Below are positions 8,297 to 15,316 of a stretch of 32,000 bases of DNA, piece after piece. This DNA is from Vibrio alginolyticus NBRC 15630 = ATCC 17749 (GTDB lineage: Bacteria; Pseudomonadota; Gammaproteobacteria; Enterobacterales; Vibrionaceae), in contig NC_022359.1 in NCBI RefSeq assembly GCF_000354175.2, positions 840,001 to 872,000 on the forward strand, in the 5' to 3' direction. The position numbers and the translations under genes were made by a program. Position 1 is the first letter of the stretch; each line of letters opens with the position of its first letter. The notes below the pieces were generated by a model. That model did no database searches. It saw nothing but the letters and a program-made list of their open reading frames with translations, and was not told the origin of the DNA.

Positions 8297-9559
8297 CTAT
8301 TCAACTACACGTGTTTGTCGCTTATGTCGCCACTGTTTCCAAGGCAGTAAAAGTAGAGTAAAAATGCCAAGTGCATAAAACATTGACCAGCCTAAACATA
8401 TAAAAACACCGGTACAAAGCAGTAGGGACAGTCCCGCAAGTGTTTTACCAAATCCTCGAAGCAATTTAAAAGCGGCTAACATCGCCAACATGTAAACCAG
8501 AACGAATACACTGTTTGCGAGTTTTAGGAAAAACTCCAGATCGAGCTGTGATAGGGTTCCTATCACACAAGATATCAATAATATACCGCCAACTAATATG
8601 GTGGCTGAGAAAGGGACACCACGACGCGAAATCTTGGCTAGTGGACTAGAAGGACGATGTTCCCGAGCTTGAGCCCAGACCATTCGCGCTAGGCTCTGTG
8701 TGTATAAGTTAACGCTCGCGAAACAAGCGGAGAAACCTATCAAGCTGATTATCCATTTGGCTCCATCGCCTAGTAGTTGGGCACTAAGCCAGGGGATGGA
8801 TGCGTTATCAAATTGAGCGTTACCATACGCGCCAAATTTTAAAATAACGACAGAGCATGCCCAATAGGTAGCCCCTGCTACAAAACAACCGACCACAATG
8901 GCAATAGGGAAATCTCTTTGAGGGTTTTTGAACTCTTCCCCCATATGGGCAAAAGCCTCTATGCCAACAAAACACCAGAACATCACGCCTAACGCTGCGG
9001 TAATAGGCCAAATTGACTCTTGTGTGATGGCGGGCATCACAAGATCGGCGCTGTTAACGTCGCCTTTCCATAAAAATGCGCCAACAAGTGCGAAGACACT
9101 CAAAGCAATAAGAGTTTGTAAATGACCTGATGATTTTGTGCCCATCAAGTTGACGAACACAAGTAGTACTACCGTCAGAATTTGTGCAAACAGATTGTTG
9201 CTAATAGGCTCTGGCAATATTTGTTGTAGGAAGCCTGCGGCGAGTGCAATCGCGGCCGGAACCCCTACCGGAATGACACTAACAAATAGCCAAGCGACAC
9301 TACTTTCCAGTTTGGCGTTAAAGGCTTTGCGTACAAAAAAGGCTGTTCCGCCCGCGTTGGGGTATCGTTTACCCAGTTGAGCAAAAGTCAGCGCAATAGG
9401 ACAAATCGCGATGAACAATAAAATCCAAGCCCATAGTGAAAAATGGCCAGCTATACCTGCTGCGATAGCCGGGATCATAAACAGCCCAGTTCCCATTAAT
9501 GTGGTGGATAACTGTGCGATACCTGATGTGAGTGAAATGTCTTTTTTGAGCTCTTCCAT
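8297..9559 (-). CDS. yjeH: APC-superfamily amino acid exporter, YjeH-like (methionine / branched-chain amino acid exporter family)
   Basis: MEELKKDISLTSGIAQLSTTLMGTGLF aligns residue for residue with the E. coli YjeH N-terminus as I remember it. Also conserved are FWCFVGIEAFAHMGEEFKNPQRDFP and ACFASVNLY. The track start at 9577 is a TTG; ATG 9559 fits the alignment better. Confidence 0.85.
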   Translation of the reverse strand: MEELKKDISLTSGIAQLSTTLMGTGLFMIPAIAAGIAGHFSLWAWILLFIAICPIALTFAQLGKRYPNAGGTAFFVRKAFNAKLESSVAWLFVSVIPVGVPAAIALAAGFLQQILPEPISNNLFAQILTVVLLVFVNLMGTKSSGHLQTLIALSVFALVGAFLWKGDVNSADLVMPAITQESIWPITAALGVMFWCFVGIEAFAHMGEEFKNPQRDFPIAIVVGCFVAGATYWACSVVILKFGAYGNAQFDNASIPWLSAQLLGDGAKWIISLIGFSACFASVNLYTQSLARMVWAQAREHRPSSPLAKISRRGVPFSATILVGGILLISCVIGTLSQLDLEFFLKLANSVFVLVYMLAMLAAFKLLRGFGKTLAGLSLLLCTGVFICLGWSMFYALGIFTLLLLPWKQWRHKRQTRVVE

Positions 9560-9780
9560 GCGAATTGATTCATCCAATGTTATGAGGCTTATTACGAAAA
9601 AGCTTGTGGCTTCTGGTTATTTCGTTTTATGTGTTTAAGCGATGCTATTTATGTGCTGAGCACTTAAGTTGGGAATTTGATTTCAATGTGTTATCTATTT
9701 TCTGTTGAAATGGATAACAGCACTCATCTCATGCCCGCCAAATAGCATATCCAAAATGTTAATAACAAAATGATTTACTA

Positions 9781-9799
9781 AACCGTCAATATGACGGTT
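9781..9799. promoter_or_regulatory. 19-bp palindrome AACCGTCA-ata-TGACGGTT in the yjeH / lrp-like divergent region
   Basis: Two perfect 8-bp arms, followed by GTTTT on the + strand. It lies about 90-105 bp upstream of the Lrp/AsnC gene start. It could be an operator or a small hairpin. Confidence 0.3.
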
Positions 9800-9886
9800 G
9801 TTTTAAATAATTCCAACAAAATGTTGGTTTCTTATGCAGTTAGAATCGGTATAGAATGAGAAAAATAAGGAAAGCTTGGTAACGGT

Positions 9887-10342
9887 ATGGACAAGTTTGA
9901 TCATAAGATTGTGGATCTGCTCAGGCACAACGCTCGGCTGTCGGTGACTGAAATTGCGGATAAAGTAAACCTTTCTCGTTCTGCGGTAACGGCCCGTATT
10001 CGTAAGCTAGAGCATGACAAAGTGATTCTAGGGTATCACGCTGAAATTGCACCTTCGGGTGGGGATTCGATTTGCGCCTATTTTGCCTTAAAGTTCGATA
10101 AATCAACCTCTACGTATTATTGCGAATCATACGCGGACGAGTTATACAAAATTGATGGCGTAAAATGGTGTCATGCGATCAGCGGTGAGACGGACATGAT
10201 GGTTTTTGTCGAAGTGCCTACGATGGCTCGCTTGAACGAAATCAGAGATCAAATTCAACGATATCCAGAGCTTCGAAACCTGATGACTCATACCGTCTTA
10301 GCTGAATTCTTTAACACGACTGGGAACCTGTTTGTGAAGTGA
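9887..10342 (+). CDS. Lrp/AsnC family transcriptional regulator
   Basis: 151 aa. The N-terminal HTH reads DHKIVDLLRHNARLSVTEIADKVNLSRSAVTARIRKLE and is followed by an AsnC-type ligand-binding (RAM) domain. It is divergent from yjeH. Confidence 0.9.
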   Translation: MDKFDHKIVDLLRHNARLSVTEIADKVNLSRSAVTARIRKLEHDKVILGYHAEIAPSGGDSICAYFALKFDKSTSTYYCESYADELYKIDGVKWCHAISGETDMMVFVEVPTMARLNEIRDQIQRYPELRNLMTHTVLAEFFNTTGNLFVK

Positions 10343-10382
10343 CCATGAATGGATGCCATGTTGAAAACCCTTCTGAGCGAAT

Positions 10383-11297
10383 ATGTTAAACAACATTAAT
10401 TTGAATCTACTTAGATCCTTGCATGTACTTTTAGAGGAGTGTCATGTCAGCCGGACCGCAGACCGTTTGCACATTACGCAGTCTGCCGTCAGTCGACAGC
10501 TTGCACAATTGCGCGATCTGTGTGGTGACCCACTGCTTATTCGTCAAGGTAATCAACTGATACCAACGCCACGAGCAATAGCGTTAAAATCAAAGCTTGA
10601 TGCATTACTGGCTGAGTTTGACCATTTACTCGATGACCAACCTTTTGAGCCGCGGCAGTGGCAAGGTGAGCTTGTTATTGCTTCTAGTGACTACGTGGCG
10701 CAATACGTATTGCCCGATATTGCCTCTCACTTGGGTGAACAAGCGCCACAGTTAGATATGGCGTACCGACTGTGGCAACCCAACTTTCTTGATAAACTTC
10801 ATGAGACGGGCATCCATATCGCGTCTTCTATGTATCCAGAAAAACCACAGAGTGTGTCGAGCGTTAAAATTGGTGAGGATTCATCAGTTTGTTTGATGAA
10901 ATCTTCTCATCCGTTAGCAAAGCAGGACCAGATCAGTATTGAAGACTTGATTTCATATTCACACATCAAAGTGACTGGCGGCGGAGACAAAGATTCCTAC
11001 ACTGATTTAGCATTGAAAGAGCTAGGGCACACCCGCCACGTTACCTTTAAGGTTCCATTCTTCTCTGCTGCGATCAATCGCTTAGTTGCAAGTGAGCACC
11101 TGATGGTGGCTCCTGAACATATTGCCGTTAACCTCGCTAAGCATTGGGACTTAACCCATAAAGCATTACCACTCGAAACACCTATTCATCAATATTGGTT
11201 AATGTGGCACCCCAAATACGACACGGATCCTGCGCATAAATGGGTGCGAGAAGAGATTCGCTCAGTAATGCAAATTTCTGAATATTCCATTCGCTAA
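10383..11297 (+). CDS. LysR family transcriptional regulator
   Basis: The N-terminal LTTR HTH reads LNLLRSLHVLLEECHVSRTADRLHITQSAVSRQLAQLR. At 304 aa it has the length expected with a substrate-binding domain. Confidence 0.9.
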   Translation: MLNNINLNLLRSLHVLLEECHVSRTADRLHITQSAVSRQLAQLRDLCGDPLLIRQGNQLIPTPRAIALKSKLDALLAEFDHLLDDQPFEPRQWQGELVIASSDYVAQYVLPDIASHLGEQAPQLDMAYRLWQPNFLDKLHETGIHIASSMYPEKPQSVSSVKIGEDSSVCLMKSSHPLAKQDQISIEDLISYSHIKVTGGGDKDSYTDLALKELGHTRHVTFKVPFFSAAINRLVASEHLMVAPEHIAVNLAKHWDLTHKALPLETPIHQYWLMWHPKYDTDPAHKWVREEIRSVMQISEYSIR

Positions 11298-11315
11298 TAC
11301 GTACACCGTTTAGCT

Positions 11316-11330
11316 ATGACTTGAAGTCAT
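11316..11330. promoter_or_regulatory. LTTR-type box: perfect palindrome ATGACTT-g-AAGTCAT containing T-N11-A
   Basis: The site is 19 bp after the LysR stop and 77-91 bp upstream of the LysE start. Its 7-bp arms fit the classical LysR T-N11-A recognition architecture. Confidence 0.35.
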
Positions 11331-11406
11331 GATTAGTATGAATAACTTTGATTTCTAATTATACCTCTTCCGTTGATAGAGTGAGCTTCAAAGAGGGGAG
11401 ATTCTT

Positions 11407-12021
11407 ATGACACTAACAGTTTGGTTATCACTTTTTACCGTGTGTTTATTAGGGGCTATGTCACCAGGTCCCAGCTTAGCTATTGTCGCTAAGCACTCGT
11501 TGGCTGGTGGACGTATCCATGGATTAGCTACGGCTTGGGCTCATGCGTTTGGCATTGGTATATATGCGTTTATTACCTTGATTGGTCTCGCTGTTGTTTT
11601 GCAGCAAAGCCCGATGCTGTTCAAGACGATTAGCCTTGTGGGTGCGGCATATCTTGCGTATTTAGGGTTTAATGCTTTGCGTTCAAAAGGTGGTGTGGCT
11701 GCGAAGTTGGAGTCAGGTGAGGAGACAACGGTAATCCAGTCTGCGCGAGAAGGCTTTTTTATCTCGATTTTAAGTCCCAAAATTGCTTTGTTTTTTATCG
11801 CATTATTCAGTCAGTTTGTCGCGCTCGGTAATGATTTGAGTAATCAGATGATCATTGTTGCCACGCCGTTTGTTGTGGATGGGCTTTGGTACACCTTTAT
11901 TACCCTAGTGCTATCGAGCTCTAAAGTCGTTGACAGAATTCGCTCTAAGGCAGTGTTGATTGATCGTTTGTCAGGGGTAGTACTCATGCTGCTGGCTCTT
12001 AGAGTGGTCGTAACGGTATAG
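11407..12021 (+). CDS. LysE/RhtB family amino acid (homoserine, threonine or lactone) efflux protein
   Basis: 204 aa and polytopic. The N-terminus LLGAMSPGPSLAIVAKHS and overall layout are typical of the LysE/RhtB family. A strong RBS, GAGGGGAG, precedes the start. Confidence 0.9.
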   Translation: MTLTVWLSLFTVCLLGAMSPGPSLAIVAKHSLAGGRIHGLATAWAHAFGIGIYAFITLIGLAVVLQQSPMLFKTISLVGAAYLAYLGFNALRSKGGVAAKLESGEETTVIQSAREGFFISILSPKIALFFIALFSQFVALGNDLSNQMIIVATPFVVDGLWYTFITLVLSSSKVVDRIRSKAVLIDRLSGVVLMLLALRVVVTV

Positions 12022-12045
12022 ACAAGCTCGCAAGACAGAAATACT

Positions 12046-12072
12046 AAAAGCAGCCCGTGTGGCTGCTTTTTT
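12046..12072 (+). terminator. Intrinsic terminator of the lysE-like gene
   Basis: AAAAGCAGCC (12046-12055) pairs with GGCTGCTTTT (12061-12070) across the 5-nt loop CGTGT, and the hairpin runs into a T-tract. Confidence 0.8.
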
Positions 12073-12199
12073 GTCTACTCTCAGTAACCCTTACACAATT
12101 TACGTAATTCTGACGCTAAACGTTGCTAAAATTAATATTATCAATAGTGTTACTTTGGTTCATATTCTCATTTGCTGTGAAAGCTACTTTCCAACGCAT

Positions 12200-12208
12200 T
12201 GTTATAAT
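12200..12208 (+). promoter_or_regulatory. Candidate extended -10 promoter element TGtTATAAT
   Basis: A perfect TATAAT (12203-12208) is preceded by TGn. It lies about 140 bp upstream of the 109-aa ORF in an AT-rich intergenic stretch. I see no good -35 element, but extended -10 promoters can do without one. Confidence 0.3.
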
Positions 12209-12350
12209 GAGAACGATAGCCACTTAACGTTAATACTAACAGTGTCGCATATTAAGTCGAGAGTGCTTTATTGGATAAAAACGGACTTTCCTCTTACTTA
12301 CCCTATGAAAGGGGTAGAGACTCCATGACCGTTTAGAAGGTGAGAGCAAT

Positions 12351-12680
12351 ATGCAAAGAATAGTAGATTTAGCTCCAGTAGTAATTTTGACCAGTGTTTG
12401 CAGCGTTGCTTGGATATTCTTTTCAACAAAGAGCATTTGGGTGTTTTTTGAACTGTTTGTATTTACGATGCTTGGCTTTGGCCTTTTGTACGGGTTACTA
12501 CAAAAGGCTGATCCTAAACACTTTGACTTTGTTTTAAACCACATCGATGAAATTAAGAAGGAAGGCAAAGATGCTTGCCTAAGCGGCGCTCCGAAAGAAT
12601 CCAACCCATACTCTGGTGTCGATGGTGATTTATGGGAGGCTGGTTACACAGCCTCCTACAACAAAAAGATAAAGCAATAA
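12351..12680 (+). CDS. Small membrane-anchored protein with a C-terminal Rmf/CrpP-like motif
   Basis: An AAGGTG RBS lies 9 nt upstream. Residues about 8-50 form two hydrophobic helices (APVVILTSVCSVAWIFF and IWVFFELFVFTMLGFGLLYGLL). Residues 72-99, GKDACLSGAPKESNPYSGVDGDLWEAGY, align with the Rmf core GYQAGIAGRSKEMCPY...W..GW as I remember it. Confidence 0.7.
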   Translation: MQRIVDLAPVVILTSVCSVAWIFFSTKSIWVFFELFVFTMLGFGLLYGLLQKADPKHFDFVLNHIDEIKKEGKDACLSGAPKESNPYSGVDGDLWEAGYTASYNKKIKQ

Positions 12681-12708
12681 ACCGCTAGGTGTTTATTCAA
12701 TATTGTGC

Positions 12709-12746
12709 TTTTCAAAAAAGCACCCTGCCATTTTAAGGACAGGGTG
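12709..12746 (-). terminator. Intrinsic terminator of the 75-aa membrane protein gene
   Basis: CACCCTG (12721-12727) pairs with CAGGGTG (12740-12746). On the - strand the hairpin is followed by CTTTTTTG. Confidence 0.65.
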
Positions 12747-12805
12747 AAAGCAAGAAGTTTCTCAGGAGCGGTCGGGGGAGAGAAACTCATCTAAATCTTA
12801 TTTAC

Positions 12806-13033
12806 TTACCGGCGAACCTCTTCAAATTCACCTTCAATCGCATCTGCTTTACCTGTATTAAATTCATATTCTTCGTGCATTTCTCTCTGCATTTTCTTGA
12901 CGCGATTTTCAATACGCTTGCCGGTAATTAATGCTGCGATGGTCAACGGAATCGCAATGATCAAGCTAAATACTAACGTAAAAAAGCCGGTAATCAGTGC
13001 TAGTGCAGTTACAATAATCCGATTCATAATCAT
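12806..13033 (-). CDS. Hypothetical small membrane protein, 75 aa, with an acidic C-terminal tail
   Basis: MIMNRIIVTALALITGFFTLVFSLIIAIPLTIAALITGKR forms two hydrophobic segments. A charged tail follows: MQREMHEEYEFNTGKADAIEGEFEEVRR. The gene has its own terminator and is convergent with the Rmf-like gene. Confidence 0.55.
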   Translation of the reverse strand: MIMNRIIVTALALITGFFTLVFSLIIAIPLTIAALITGKRIENRVKKMQREMHEEYEFNTGKADAIEGEFEEVRR

Positions 13034-13130
13034 GACCTCTCTGTAATTTATGTGCTCAGATTAATGCTGTGAACATGAACAAAACATGAATGCTGACGTT
13101 CACTTTGTCCGGAGAGTGTCAAATGAATGA

Positions 13131-13161
13131 AACGAAAAAACGCCTGAGGGTGATCAGGCGT
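13131..13161 (-). terminator. Intrinsic terminator of the GAPDH gene
   Basis: ACGCCTGA (13140-13147) pairs with TCAGGCGT (13154-13161) across a 6-nt loop. On the - strand the hairpin is followed by TTTTTTCGTT. Confidence 0.75.
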
Positions 13162-13267
13162 ATAAACGGGGAAAAATATTAGTAATGCGCATGGCGCTTA
13201 TTATTTAGAACAAATATGAGATATTGTCCGCTACGCTATGTGGTTAACGTTGTGGAGCAAAGTTCAC

Positions 13268-14701
13268 CTATCGAGGGAATGTTTGGTAACGAACACCCAT
13301 CATTTGTTCCATACAGTGCACAACTTGGCAGCTGTAACCGAATTCGTTGTCGTACCAGATGTAAAGTACACAACGCTTGTCTTGTGCGATAGTCGCTTGA
13401 CCATCTACGACGCCTGCATGGCGAGAGCCAACTAAGTCAGTTGATACAATTTCTGTTGAATCGGTGTAGTCAATCTGTGCCGAAAGCTCAGAGTTCAACG
13501 CCATTTCACGCAAGTAATCGTTCAGTGAATCACGGTCTACGTCTTCACCTAAGTTTAGATTAGCGACTGCCATAGAAACGTTTGGTGTCGGTACGCGAAT
13601 CGCGTTGCCTGTTAGCTTGCCTGCAAGCTCTGGCAATGCTTTAGCAACTGCTTTTGCCGCACCTGTTGAAGTCAGAACCATGTTTAGTGAAGCACTACGT
13701 CCGCGACGGTCACCAGAGTGGAAGTTGTCGATCAAATTTTGGTCGTTTGTGTATGAGTGCACGGTTTCAATATGGCCAGAAAGAACACCATATTTATCGT
13801 TCAGAGCCTTAAGGACTGGCGTGATTGCATTTGTTGTACAGCTTGCCGCAGAGATGATGGTGTCATCTTCTTTAATTACCGACTCATTTACACCGAATAC
13901 AACGTTTTTGATGTCACCTTTACCTGGTGCTGTTAGCAGTACTTTCTCTGCACCTTGACACGCTAAGTGTTGGCTCAGGCCTTCAGAATCACGCCAAACA
14001 CCTGTGTTATCAACAACTAGCGCGTTATTGATACCGAAAGCTGAGTAATCCACTTCGCTTGGGTTATTTGCGTAGATGATTTGGATGTAGTTGCCGTTAA
14101 CGATCAGTGCTTTACGCTCTTCATCGATAACAATGCTACCGTTGAACTGACCGTGAACTGAGTCACGACGCAACAAGCTAGCACGCTTACCCAAATCGCC
14201 TTTTTTACCGCCACGAACCACAATCGCACGTAGTCTTAGTGGGTAACCTGGACCACTTTTCTCAATGAGAAGGCGAGTAAGTAGTCGACCAATGCGACCG
14301 AACCCGTAAAGAACCACATCACGCGCTTTCAATGAAGAATCTGCGTCGCGAGCGCCATCAAGTGCAGTGATAAGGAAATCGTTTAGAGAGCTTGTATCGT
14401 CATGTTCATTCCAGTACATAGTTGCCAATTGGCCAACATCGACACGGCATGAAGAAATGCTCATTTCACAAAGCGCTTGAATAATAGGCATCGTGTGCTC
14501 AAGCGAAAGTGGGTTACCGGTATAACGTCTTGCAACGCGATGAGTTTTGAGAATGTCTATAGTAGTAGCATTAATAAGCGTTTTACCAAACAGAACCACT
14601 TCGATTCCTTTTTGACGATATAGCTTACCAATTAGAGGGGAAATAGATTCAGCAATCGTTTGGCTAGTTTGCCAGTCTTGGAGATATTTCTCTGGACTCA
14701 T
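13268..14701 (-). CDS. Glyceraldehyde-3-phosphate dehydrogenase, long form with a roughly 130-aa N-terminal extension
   Basis: The NAD(P)-binding motif is VVLYGFGRIGRL and the catalytic motif is SAASCTTNAITP. At 477 aa it matches the extended gammaproteobacterial Gap2/GapB-like class. Confidence 0.92.
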   Translation of the reverse strand: MSPEKYLQDWQTSQTIAESISPLIGKLYRQKGIEVVLFGKTLINATTIDILKTHRVARRYTGNPLSLEHTMPIIQALCEMSISSCRVDVGQLATMYWNEHDDTSSLNDFLITALDGARDADSSLKARDVVLYGFGRIGRLLTRLLIEKSGPGYPLRLRAIVVRGGKKGDLGKRASLLRRDSVHGQFNGSIVIDEERKALIVNGNYIQIIYANNPSEVDYSAFGINNALVVDNTGVWRDSEGLSQHLACQGAEKVLLTAPGKGDIKNVVFGVNESVIKEDDTIISAASCTTNAITPVLKALNDKYGVLSGHIETVHSYTNDQNLIDNFHSGDRRGRSASLNMVLTSTGAAKAVAKALPELAGKLTGNAIRVPTPNVSMAVANLNLGEDVDRDSLNDYLREMALNSELSAQIDYTDSTEIVSTDLVGSRHAGVVDGQATIAQDKRCVLYIWYDNEFGYSCQVVHCMEQMMGVRYQTFPR

Positions 14702-15316
14702 TGTTGTATTAGACCTTTCACGTTTTGGGGGCTAACCATACTCTCTGCTGTTGCCTCTTCGGCAGCGTGCAAGAGTGTGGTGGGTTATGTAATCGGGTTG
14801 TAATAGTTATGTGTGCGGATTCTAAGGTCGGAGTCCTTATTCTGCTAGGAAAATTAAATCCAGTGTAAAACACTACTTAAGGGGACGTTAGTGGTGGATT
14901 AATGTGACTAAAGCAGTGGTTTTCACGTATTGACATTTAGAAAGTAACTTACTTTTTTTGCGATGATAACGTTTGCTTTCAAATTAGTTTTGTTGACAAA
15001 AATGGATATTTTGCATTTTTGTGTGATTTGACTCGACAAGGCAACTCAATAGGTAAACATACAATAGATGATTTCCTGAAAAGTGATGCGACTCTTAGTT
15101 GTGAGTGAAACTTTATTGTTTGCATCCAACTTTAAGATCAAAAAATATGACTTAAATCACAATTTTTACTGCATTAGCCGATGATAAAACACTCACAATA
15201 ACCATAGTCTAGGTAGGTGAATGTTGTTTGAAAGTAACAATGTCGTATATGCCTTTCAATGCAAGAAACTAGTCTAATATTAAATAAACGGATGAAATCA
15301 ACCATTAGGCTGATGG

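Noticed and set aside
12059-12328. 89-aa + strand ORF in the AT-rich gap after lysE
   Set aside because: It begins inside the lysE terminator hairpin. It has low-complexity Ile/Leu/Asn composition typical of AT-rich non-coding DNA, and no RBS. I interpret the region as the promoter and leader of the 109-aa gene.
12767-12789. Inverted repeat GTTTCTC-N9-GAGAAAC between the 75-aa gene and its terminator
   Set aside because: It is a 7-bp stem with a 9-nt loop and no adjacent U-tract. The neighbouring hairpin at 12721-12746 already explains termination.
15022-15037. CRP-like half site TGTGA-tttgac-TCGAC upstream of the hybrid kinase; a similar TGTGA-containing stretch lies at about 329-380
   Set aside because: Only the left half-site matches. 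The right half matches at most 2-3 of 5 positions, or the spacing is wrong (N8-N9), so neither is distinguishable from chance.
15100-15199. 9-bp inverted repeat TTGTGAGTG ... CACTCACAA separated by about 82 nt
   Set aside because: A single 9-mer inverted match within a 600-bp AT-rich region is expected by chance about as often as not, and no supporting structure surrounds it.
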